This document shows positions 47,272 through 55,271 of a DNA stretch of 64,000 nt, piece after piece. Both the position numbers and the translations under genes were made by a program. The notes under the pieces are model-generated. The model saw only the letters and a program-made list of their open reading frames with translations, was not told the origin of the DNA and made no database searches. The first letter of the stretch is position 1. The number at the start of each line of letters is the position of its first letter. The stretch comes from Acidimicrobiia bacterium (lineage in GTDB: Bacteria > Actinomycetota > Acidimicrobiia > Spongiisociales > ZC4RG35), in assembly GCA_965261135.1 (NCBI GenBank), contig OZ253443.1, positions 2,416,841-2,480,840 on the forward strand, in the 5' to 3' direction.

Positions 47272-48618
47272 AGGCTTCGCGATATGTTGGGATTCGGGTA
47301 GGGAGGGGGTCCTTGTTTAGGGGTTGAGGCCTCGCTGGAATAGGTGGTGTAAATCTGCCTATCCAGGAGGCCTCAATGAGTTTCGATGTTATGAGGGTGC
47401 GGTTGCACCTGCGTGGTGTTGGTGTGACCGGTGTGGTGGTGGACACCCCCGCAGAGTTGGTGGTGGAGGTGATGTCCACCAGGAAGTTGTCATCGTGTCC
47501 GTTTTGTGGGCGTTCTTGCCGGCGGGTTCATGACCGTCGCCGGAGGGAGATCCGTGATCTGGAGCACGGCGGCCGCCCGACGGTGCTGTTATGGACCCAG
47601 CGGCGGTTCGTGTGCAACCATTGTGGAAAGCGTCATATGGAAACCCATCCCCAGTTCGAGGGTGGTCTCACTCGCCGGTTGGCGCGCAGGCTGGTCCAAG
47701 ACGCTCAGGTGATGCCGATCAGTGCGGTGTCCCGCCGCCACCGTGTGGGGTGGCATCTGGTCATGGGACTGCTCTGTGACTGGTCGGGACTGGTCCAAGA
47801 TCATCGTCGCAAACAGTCCTGTCGGGTGTTGTTGATTGATGAGACCTCGATCCGCAAACGGCATCGTTATGTGACCGTGATCCTCAACGGTGACACCGGA
47901 GAGCTGTTGGACATGATCCAAGGACGCTCCAAAGCTGCTCTGAGCAGGTTTTTCATCGCGCAAGGACCCCGATGGTGCCAGAACGTGAATACCGTGGTCA
48001 CCGACGGTTCCCACTCCTACCGCGCAGCTATTCATCGTTATCTTCCCCGAGCCCGTCACGTCCTGGACCGCTTCCACGCCGCCCGATGGTTCACCCAAGG
48101 ACTGACCCTGGTACGCCGGGAACTGCAACGCCGCCAACCCCCAGGAGTGAAACCGGCCTACGAACCGGACCTGTTCAGAGCCCGGTTTTGTCTGCTGAAA
48201 CGAAACGACCATCTCACCCCTGCAGACCAACGACGTCTCCAGCGTTTGTTCGCTGCTCATCCCCGTCTCAAAGTGGCCTGGGACGCCTTACAGGAGCTCT
48301 ACGGCCTGTACGAGGCCAACGATCTCCAAGGCGCCCTGGAAGCCCTCGACCGTTTCGGGGACCTCTACAACAGCGGACAGATTCCCGAGTACCACGACAC
48401 CGTGGACACCATCCTCAACTGGGCCGACGAAATCCTGAACTGGCACCACAGCCGCCGTTCCAATGGACCCCTCGAAGGCATCAACAACCTAATCCAAACC
48501 CTCCGCAGAACCGCCCACGGCTTCACAAACCCCCAAAACTACGCCGCCCGAGGACTCCTCCTAACATGAACCCCACCACCAACCAGCCAGACCACAATCC
48601 CACGAATTCGCGAAGGGC
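47272..48618 (+). mobile_element. ISL3-family insertion sequence (~1.35 kb) with a 10-bp target-site duplication
   Basis: Direct repeat CAACAATTTG at 47262-47271 and 48619-48628. Imperfect terminal inverted repeats: gaggcttcgcgatatgttggg at the left end, and cccacgaattcgcgaagggcc at the right end in the inverted sense. Single transposase ORF inside. Confidence 0.75.
47376..48569 (+). CDS. ISL3-family transposase
   Basis: N-terminal zinc-finger CPFCG...CNHCG. DDE domain with the characteristic ISL3 C-terminal region (…HHSRRSNGPLEGINNLIQTLRRTAHGF). Confidence 0.8.
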   Translation: MSFDVMRVRLHLRGVGVTGVVVDTPAELVVEVMSTRKLSSCPFCGRSCRRVHDRRRREIRDLEHGGRPTVLLWTQRRFVCNHCGKRHMETHPQFEGGLTRRLARRLVQDAQVMPISAVSRRHRVGWHLVMGLLCDWSGLVQDHRRKQSCRVLLIDETSIRKRHRYVTVILNGDTGELLDMIQGRSKAALSRFFIAQGPRWCQNVNTVVTDGSHSYRAAIHRYLPRARHVLDRFHAARWFTQGLTLVRRELQRRQPPGVKPAYEPDLFRARFCLLKRNDHLTPADQRRLQRLFAAHPRLKVAWDALQELYGLYEANDLQGALEALDRFGDLYNSGQIPEYHDTVDTILNWADEILNWHHSRRSNGPLEGINNLIQTLRRTAHGFTNPQNYAARGLLLT

Positions 48619-48672
48619 CAACAATTTGGACAGATGCGTCTTCGCTTGGTGGACGTTCACGATCGAAGTCAT
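48619..48672 (-). pseudogene. stranded 5' end (18 codons) of the antitoxin gene with its SD
   Basis: Minus strand reads AAGGAGGAGAAAGCC-ATG ACT TCG ATC GTG AAC GTC CAC CAA GCG AAG ACG CAT CTG TCC AAA TTG TTG (MTSIVNVHQAKTHLSKLL). This joins in frame to DRAHAGEE... at 47267 once the IS is removed. Confidence 0.6.
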
Positions 48673-48810
48673 GGCTTTCTCCTCCTCTTAGTCTGCCTGT
48701 GGACTTATCTATAGGTAATATTAGCTAAGTCTATAAACTAAGGTATCTATTCGGGTCCTGCCAAGGGAAGCCCCGCTTCTTCTTGCCTTGGAGGCAGCCG
48801 GGCATATCAC

Positions 48811-48893
48811 AAGCCGGGGGTCTTCGGATGCTCCGGTGCACAAACGGCAATTCCCATAGCCGTCAAGCCCGCTCCGATCACTTCAACTGGCAA
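48811..48893 (-). pseudogene. degenerate duplicate of the eamA 3' end
   Basis: ~85% identical over ~80 nt to 50346-50425 (C-terminal codons and stop of the EamA gene), but with in-frame stops and an indel. Confidence 0.45.
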
Positions 48894-48904
48894 AAGCGAT
48901 TTGC

Positions 48905-49912
48905 TCAAAAGCCGTGGTTCGTATCTTGGTCTTGCAGGTCTCCCATGATCTTCTCGATCCGTGGGTCGAATTCTTCTTTGAACTTGGGCAAGAGATCAAG
49001 CATCCACGCTCTAATGTCCTTCTGTTTCGCTGGTGAGTCGGTTATCGAGCCGTCTCTCTTTAATGAGTTGATTTCGGAGAACAGAAAGGGGTTATGTCTC
49101 CGCCAGTCCCACTCCAATGATGGCTCCGCGGTGATGGTTCTTTCAATCTCCTGGCGATCCGCCTCCAAGGCATCGAATATGCATTTGGTCAGATCCTTTT
49201 CGTGGGTCGCAATATGAAGGGTCACCCAGGCAGCCTCTTCAACCCCAAGAGTGACCGTGTACCAAATGCCTTTGTTAACGGGAGAAGGAAAGCCACGATC
49301 CTTATAGCTAAAAATCTGGATAGGTTGCTTTTTGAAAGCGCCTTTCTGGATCAGTTTGTCAACCAAAGGCTTGAAAAACTCTTGGTGGATCAACTTCTCG
49401 ACGGGCAGGTCGGTTGGACGCAGGGTGAGTTCCTTGTTCCAGCCGCCGGGGTAGACCACTTTGCGGAATCTGGGCTCGGGTTGTGAGCCTACCGGGGCCT
49501 TCACAGCTTCGATCTTGACACCGTAGAGCCGGGTCCCATCCGCAGTCCTCTCATTGAGCCAATGCAGAGCTTTAGCATGCTCACGGAGGAATTCGGGCGC
49601 AACCCATATCATCACTTGCGCCCCACGACCCGCCGCGTAGGTGAGCAACTTGCCCAGATGGTCGTGGTCGGTCCACTTCAATTGGTTCTCGATTGCAACC
49701 AAGGTTTCCTGGTCCGAATCGGCTTCTTTCGCCAGGATGTCCAAAGAGAACCGGCCTACTTGTGTTTCCTGGCCGACTAACTCCAACCGGAGCCCGATTT
49801 CCTCCCCCAATAGGTGCAGATTCTTAGCTAGCCATGGGGTGAATTCACGCGCCTCATGCTTCCATATTGTATGGACATCTACCTGCTCGGCGCCCGGTTG
49901 GCTCTCACGCAT
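48905..49912 (-). CDS. hypothetical protein with PD-(D/E)xK nuclease-like N-terminal motifs
   Basis: GRFSLDILAKEADSDQETLVAIENQLKWTDHDHLGKLLTY resembles the D...E-x-K/Q ... (Q/K)xxxY core of restriction-endonuclease-like folds. GC ~50%. Start is the ATG at 49910-49912 (MRESQ...) or the ATG at 49943-49945. Confidence 0.45.
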   Translation of the reverse strand: MRESQPGAEQVDVHTIWKHEAREFTPWLAKNLHLLGEEIGLRLELVGQETQVGRFSLDILAKEADSDQETLVAIENQLKWTDHDHLGKLLTYAAGRGAQVMIWVAPEFLREHAKALHWLNERTADGTRLYGVKIEAVKAPVGSQPEPRFRKVVYPGGWNKELTLRPTDLPVEKLIHQEFFKPLVDKLIQKGAFKKQPIQIFSYKDRGFPSPVNKGIWYTVTLGVEEAAWVTLHIATHEKDLTKCIFDALEADRQEIERTITAEPSLEWDWRRHNPFLFSEINSLKRDGSITDSPAKQKDIRAWMLDLLPKFKEEFDPRIEKIMGDLQDQDTNHGF

Positions 49913-49919
49913 GAGTTCC

Positions 49920-50276
49920 CTATTCCTTCCTGACACCGCTGTCACCGGGTCTGATCACGAAGTCGCGACGGTCCCGATAGAGCAGCGCCCGGTTCAGCAC
50001 ATAGTCGTCAGACTCCAAGTCGATGTCCGGGCACTCCGTCATCGTCCAGTACTTGTAATCACCCAGGAACAGATAGTTTCGCTTCTGGTGGAAGAACCAG
50101 CATTCCACGCCCTCATCTGCGGCGATCCGGGCACAAAACGCAGCTAACAAAGCCTGCTGTCCGTCCCTTTTGATCACCACGTATTCGTGAGGCCAGGAAT
50201 TCCGGTATGTAACCGCCTCCCGCCACGGAGCACTGGATATCAACCCCATAATTTCCACAATTCGCTCTTTCGACAC
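49920..50276 (-). CDS. hypothetical 118-aa protein, partner of the nuclease-like gene
   Basis: GTG at 50274-50276 preceded by AGGAGGA at 5-nt spacing. Only the 3' third of the 362-aa track ORF is plausible. Ends 7 nt before the next start. Confidence 0.4.
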   Translation of the reverse strand: MSKERIVEIMGLISSAPWREAVTYRNSWPHEYVVIKRDGQQALLAAFCARIAADEGVECWFFHQKRNYLFLGDYKYWTMTECPDIDLESDDYVLNRALLYRDRRDFVIRPGDSGVRKE

Positions 50277-50341
50277 AGACTCCTCCTTCAACTGGCAATC
50301 CACGCTATCAGGGCCCTGTGACAGGCCGCCGGGGTTTGAAC

Positions 50342-51235
50342 CTAGAAGCCGGGGTTCTTGCGGATGCTCCAATGCACTACGGCAATGCCCAGAGCCGTCA
50401 AGGCCACTCCGATCGTCTCCACTGCTGAGAGGGCCTGGCTCAATGCCACCCAGGCGGTCAGCGTACCCACTATGGGCTCGGAGGTGGCCGCCACCCCCAT
50501 TGGACCAGGACTGATGTGACGAAGTGCACTCATCAGCAGCAGATACCCTATCGCCATTCCCAGGATCGACACCCAGGCCACTCCTACCCAGCCTGCCAAT
50601 GAGAGTTCGGGAACCTCCACCGGAAGCGCTGCCAGCCAAATCACCGCCGCAAGGGTCAGGCTGTAGGAACTGTAGGTAAGAGGATGGAGGGTCTTGCCCA
50701 GCTTCTCCGCCGTGATCGTCAGGGCGGCGTAGGAGACAGCCGCTCCCAAGCCGGCCAACACGCCTATCACATCGGCGTAGTCGGCGGTGAAAGCACCCGT
50801 GATCAAACCGATTCCGACGACTGCTCCCAGCGCTCCCAGCCAGCCGACGACGGGAACCTCCAATTGTTGAACGAAGCGTCGCCACATCAGCATCAGGATC
50901 GGTCCCAGATACTGGATGGTGATTCCCGGGCCCACCCCCAAACGCTCCACCGCCACATAGAAGACATAGGTGATCACAGCGGTTATCACTCCCAGCAGCA
51001 CCAACCACCCCAACTGTCCCTGGTGGTGCATCAGGCCCTTTCGGGCCGCTATAAAGGAGATGACCACCGCGGCCACCACCAACCGGTACTGATTGAGTTC
51101 GGCCGGACCGATCGATGAAAACAGGCCGGCGGCCACCGTGTCCGATATGGCGAAGAGAATTCCGCCGGACAACGCCATTGCAAATCCCAATCCCGGTCGC
51201 CGGGACAAGGGGGCGGGATTCGGAGGTGACTTCAT
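50342..51235 (-). CDS. EamA/DMT-superfamily transporter
   Basis: Ten predicted TM helices and a duplicated EamA domain pattern. 297 aa. Confidence 0.7.
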   Translation of the reverse strand: MKSPPNPAPLSRRPGLGFAMALSGGILFAISDTVAAGLFSSIGPAELNQYRLVVAAVVISFIAARKGLMHHQGQLGWLVLLGVITAVITYVFYVAVERLGVGPGITIQYLGPILMLMWRRFVQQLEVPVVGWLGALGAVVGIGLITGAFTADYADVIGVLAGLGAAVSYAALTITAEKLGKTLHPLTYSSYSLTLAAVIWLAALPVEVPELSLAGWVGVAWVSILGMAIGYLLLMSALRHISPGPMGVAATSEPIVGTLTAWVALSQALSAVETIGVALTALGIAVVHWSIRKNPGF

Positions 51236-51365
51236 TCCGATCCCAGACTATGCCCGACAGTTCCGCCCTGATCCGGATTTTGCAAAAGGGCGTCTGCCGA
51301 ATCCCCAGATCATGAGTAATCTGGACTTAGTTCCCACTACACAACCGGATCGGCTACAGCTTCCT

Positions 51366-53486
51366 ATGAAAACTTCCGGCCCTCCAGCGGCCGCGTATCG
51401 CATCGGGGTCGATATCGGGGGCACTTTCACCGATCTGTTGCTGATAGATGACCGGTCCGGGGAGACGGTGGTGGGCAAGGTGCTGACCACCCCCGACGAT
51501 CCTTCCCGAGGGGTTGAAGACGTGCTTGTCCAAGCCCTTGATCGCAGCGGCCTCGACCCGTCGCAAATCAGACATCTGGTGCACGGAACCACACTGGTTA
51601 CCAACACCATCATCCAGCGCAAGGGCGCCCGCACCGCCCTCCTGGCCACCAAGGGTTTTCGCGATTCGGTCGAGATAGGACGAGAACATCGCTACGAGCT
51701 CTACGACTTGTTCCTGGAACTGCCCGTCCCCCTAACTCCCCGCCATCTTCGCTTCGATGTACCCGAAAGGTTGGCGGCGGGGGGCGAGGTCCTCAGGGAA
51801 GTGGATGAGGGGATGGTGGAAGCCTTGGCAACCGAGTTGGCCGAGCGGGAAATTGAAGCGGTGGCGATCAGTTTCCTTCACAGCTTCGCCAATCCCGCCA
51901 ATGAACAGGCCGCCCGGCGAGCGGTGAACCGTGCGGCGCCGGGGATCCGGGTCTCCATCTCCTCGGAGGTGGCCCCCGAAATCCGAGAATACGAACGCGC
52001 CTCCACCACCATCGCCAACGTCTACGTCCAGCCCATGGCCGAGCAATACTTGCAAGGCTTGGAGGGTCGCCTAGCCGATCTGGGATTCGGAGGATCCTTT
52101 TTCGTGATGCTGTCCTCGGGGGGTATCGCCACGGTGGAAACCGCCACCCGCTTTCCCATCCGGCTTCTCGAATCCGGCCCGGCGGCCGGGGCTCTGGCGG
52201 CGGCGACCCTCGGTGCGGACGCCGGGGTGGATAACCTGCTGTCCTTCGACATGGGAGGCACCACCGCCAAGCTGTGCGTCATTGCAGAGCAGCGTCCGTC
52301 GGTCACATACGACTTCGAGGTCGACCGGCGGTACCGGTTCCGGAAAGGCTCCGGCCTTCCGGTGAAGGTGCCGGTGATCGAGATGATCGAGATCGGGGCG
52401 GGAGGAGGCTCGATCGCCCGGATCAACCAACTCGGACTGCTCAAGATCGGACCGGAGTCGGCCGGATCGGATCCCGGCCCGGTCTGCTATGCCCTGGGCG
52501 GTACCCAGCCCACCGTCACCGATGCCGACCTGACCCTCGGCTATCTCGATCCCGACTACTTCCTGGGCGGCCGAATGACGCTCGACACCGAATCCGCCCG
52601 CCGGGCCATCGAAACCCGGATCGCCGGACCGCTGGGGCTGTCGGTGACCGAGGCGGCCTGGGGCATCCACCAGATGGTGAACGAGAACATGGCCAACGCC
52701 GCCCGCGTCCACGTGGTGGAGCGGGGCAAGAACCCCCGGTCGCTGCCGCTGGCCGCCTTCGGAGGAGCCGGGCCGGTGCACGGGTACCGGGTTGCCGAGC
52801 TGACCGGCAGTCCCGGCCTGATTCTTCCGCCTTCGGCCGGGGTCACCTCGGCCCTGGGGTTCCTGTTCGCACCCCTGGCATTCGACTTCGTCCAATCCCA
52901 TTATGCCCAACTGGACGACCTCGACTGGGATTACCTCAATGGGATGTTCTCGGATTTGGAGAGGCAGGGGACCGAGCTACTGGCCGACTCGGGAGTTGCG
53001 CCGAAGGACATCAACCACACCCGGAGCGTCGACATCCGCTACATCGGACAAGGTCACGAGGTTAGGGTCCCGGTCCCCGGAGGGGTCCTGGGAGAGGAGG
53101 ACTACCAGTCCCTTCAAGAGGGTTTCGACCGGGTCTATCGGGAACTATACGGCCGCTCCGGCCCCGGGGTGGGGCTGGAGGCGCTGACCTGGAGGGTGGT
53201 CAGCTCCGGGCCGGCGCCGACGATGCGACGACAGAACGGCCACCGACCTGGCGCCAACCGAGCGGCCCTCAAGGGAAAGAGACCGGCCTATTTCCCCGAG
53301 TACGGGGCCTTTCGGGAGACTCCCGTCTACGACCGATACCTGCTGAGAACAGGCGACGAGATCAACGGCCCGGCCATCATCGAGGAACGGGAGTCGACGG
53401 CGGTGATCGGCCCGGGCGGCGCCATCCGGGTGGATTCCCGACTCAACCTGGTTGTGACCTTGGAAGAAAGGGACGGCGGGACATGA
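51366..53486 (+). CDS. hyuA: hydantoinase/oxoprolinase family A subunit (N-methylhydantoinase A / acetone-carboxylase-beta-like)
   Basis: Start trimmed to the ATG at 51366 (MKTSGPPAAAYRIGVDIGGTFTDLLL). ASKHA-type ATPase fold of the HyuA family. ATGA overlap with hyuB. Confidence 0.75.
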   Translation: MKTSGPPAAAYRIGVDIGGTFTDLLLIDDRSGETVVGKVLTTPDDPSRGVEDVLVQALDRSGLDPSQIRHLVHGTTLVTNTIIQRKGARTALLATKGFRDSVEIGREHRYELYDLFLELPVPLTPRHLRFDVPERLAAGGEVLREVDEGMVEALATELAEREIEAVAISFLHSFANPANEQAARRAVNRAAPGIRVSISSEVAPEIREYERASTTIANVYVQPMAEQYLQGLEGRLADLGFGGSFFVMLSSGGIATVETATRFPIRLLESGPAAGALAAATLGADAGVDNLLSFDMGGTTAKLCVIAEQRPSVTYDFEVDRRYRFRKGSGLPVKVPVIEMIEIGAGGGSIARINQLGLLKIGPESAGSDPGPVCYALGGTQPTVTDADLTLGYLDPDYFLGGRMTLDTESARRAIETRIAGPLGLSVTEAAWGIHQMVNENMANAARVHVVERGKNPRSLPLAAFGGAGPVHGYRVAELTGSPGLILPPSAGVTSALGFLFAPLAFDFVQSHYAQLDDLDWDYLNGMFSDLERQGTELLADSGVAPKDINHTRSVDIRYIGQGHEVRVPVPGGVLGEEDYQSLQEGFDRVYRELYGRSGPGVGLEALTWRVVSSGPAPTMRRQNGHRPGANRAALKGKRPAYFPEYGAFRETPVYDRYLLRTGDEINGPAIIEERESTAVIGPGGAIRVDSRLNLVVTLEERDGGT

Positions 53487-55219
53487 GCGGGATGGACCCG
53501 ATCTTCCTGGAGGTGCTCTGGAACCGCCTCCTGTCGGTGGTGAACGAACAGCAGGTGGCCCTTATGCGCACCGCGTTCAGCACCATCGTTAGAGAAACCC
53601 AGGATCTGGCCTGCGGGGTGTTCAACACCGAGGGCGCCATGGTCGCCCAGTCACTCACCGGCACTCCCGGCCACATAAACGCGATGGCCACCGGGATGCG
53701 CCACCTGCTGGCCGAGTACCCGCCCGAGCGGCTGTCGGAAGGCGACGTGCTGCTCACCAACGACCCGTGGATGACCGCCGGGCAGATCAACGACATCACC
53801 GTGGCGACCCCGGTGTTCCGGCAGGGACGGATCGTGGGTTACTTCGCCAACACCTGCCACGCGGCCGACATCGGAGGCAGGCTCCTCTCCGCCGAAGCCC
53901 GAGAGGTTTACGAGGAGGGTCTGCGGTTGCCCATCATGAAGCTCTTCAGGCGTGGGAAGATCAACCGGGACCTCATCAAGCTGATCCGGGCCAACGTGCG
54001 TACCCCCGATGAGACCGTGGGCGATCTGTACGCCCAAACCACCAGCAACGAGGTGGGGGCTCGAGCGCTCCTCAAGTTCATGGACGAATTCGAACTCAAC
54101 TCCATCAATCCGGTTGCCCAGGAGATCATGGACCGCTCCGAGGAGGCCATGCGCCAGTCGATCCAGACGATTCCCAACGGTCGGTACGAGCACGAAACCT
54201 GGAGCGACGGGTTCGACGAGCCCATCAAGATCAAGGTGGCGGTGACCGTGGAGGACCGGGACATCCACATCGACTTCGCCGGCTCCTCGCCCCAGAGCCA
54301 GAGAGGAATCAACGTGGTGTTCAACTACACCCACGCCTACGCCTCTTTCGCCATGAAAGCGGCGGTGAGCCCCGATGTTCCCCACAACGAAGGGGCCTTC
54401 CGGCCCGTGCACGTCTCCGCTCCTCCCGGTTCCATCTTCAACTGCCGACCGCCCGCCGCAGTCGCTTCGCGGCACATCCTGGGACATTTCCTGCCAGGGG
54501 TGATCTTCGGGGCGCTGGCGGAGGCGCTACCTCTAATGACGGCCGGATCCGACCCGATCTGGATCAGCGTGTGGCGGGGACGGCCCGCCGGAAAAGAACG
54601 TCTTTTTACTTTCACTCTCTTCCAGTGCGGAGGAGGAGGCGCCCGCGCCGGAAAGGACGGCCTCAGCGCCACCGGCTTTCCGAGCGGGGTGGCGGGGGTG
54701 CCGGCCGAAGCCGTTGAGACCCTGTCCTCCCTCATCCAGCGCCGCCGGGAACTCCGGCCTGACTCCGGCGGGCCGGGCCGTTACCGGGGAGGCTTGGGGC
54801 AATACACCGAGATGGGATGTCGCACCGAGGAGACCTGGACGGTCTCGGCCATGGTGGACCGGATCAACCATCCACCCGAGGGGATGCTGGGAGGAGGCCC
54901 CGGCGCTCAGGGGGAGTTTCTCCTGGACGGCCAGGAGAGAGGCCAGCCCAAGGCCCTGCTTGCCCTCGGGCCCGATCAGCGAGTGCAACTCAACCTTCCC
55001 GGCGGTGGGGGATTCGGTGATCCACTGGAACGGGATCCGGCGAGGGTGCTGGCCGACGTGGTGGAGGGCTATGTCTCGATAGCCGGGGCGGGGCGGGACT
55101 ACGGAGTGATTATCCGCTATACCGGCTCGCCGGACCGGATGGTTCGCCTGCCCGAGGACTATCAGCTCGACGAGAAAGCCACCGAGGCGCTGCGTGCGGA
55201 GCGTCGGGGTTCCTTATAG
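53483..55219 (+). CDS. hyuB: hydantoinase B/oxoprolinase family subunit
   Basis: MSGMDPIFLEVLWNRLLSVVNEQ... Typical HyuB N-terminus. 578 aa. Confidence 0.75.
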   Translation: MSGMDPIFLEVLWNRLLSVVNEQQVALMRTAFSTIVRETQDLACGVFNTEGAMVAQSLTGTPGHINAMATGMRHLLAEYPPERLSEGDVLLTNDPWMTAGQINDITVATPVFRQGRIVGYFANTCHAADIGGRLLSAEAREVYEEGLRLPIMKLFRRGKINRDLIKLIRANVRTPDETVGDLYAQTTSNEVGARALLKFMDEFELNSINPVAQEIMDRSEEAMRQSIQTIPNGRYEHETWSDGFDEPIKIKVAVTVEDRDIHIDFAGSSPQSQRGINVVFNYTHAYASFAMKAAVSPDVPHNEGAFRPVHVSAPPGSIFNCRPPAAVASRHILGHFLPGVIFGALAEALPLMTAGSDPIWISVWRGRPAGKERLFTFTLFQCGGGGARAGKDGLSATGFPSGVAGVPAEAVETLSSLIQRRRELRPDSGGPGRYRGGLGQYTEMGCRTEETWTVSAMVDRINHPPEGMLGGGPGAQGEFLLDGQERGQPKALLALGPDQRVQLNLPGGGGFGDPLERDPARVLADVVEGYVSIAGAGRDYGVIIRYTGSPDRMVRLPEDYQLDEKATEALRAERRGSL

Positions 55220-55271
55220 TCGGGACTGCCGTCTCCGGTCGGCTAGGCGGAAAACGCGGAAAGGGGCGATT

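Noticed and set aside
47281-47375. Imperfect hairpin gaggcctcgctggaatagg...cctatccaggaggcctc just upstream of the transposase ATG, read as a separate regulatory element
   Set aside because: It lies inside the IS left end and is most simply part of the ISL3 terminal/subterminal structure, overlapping the transposase ribosome-binding region. It is not called separately.
49920-51008. 362-aa track ORF overlapping the EamA gene
   Set aside because: Its 5' two-thirds runs antisense or out of frame through the well-supported EamA transporter. Only the 3' 118 codons (49920-50276) have an SD-preceded start and independent plausibility.
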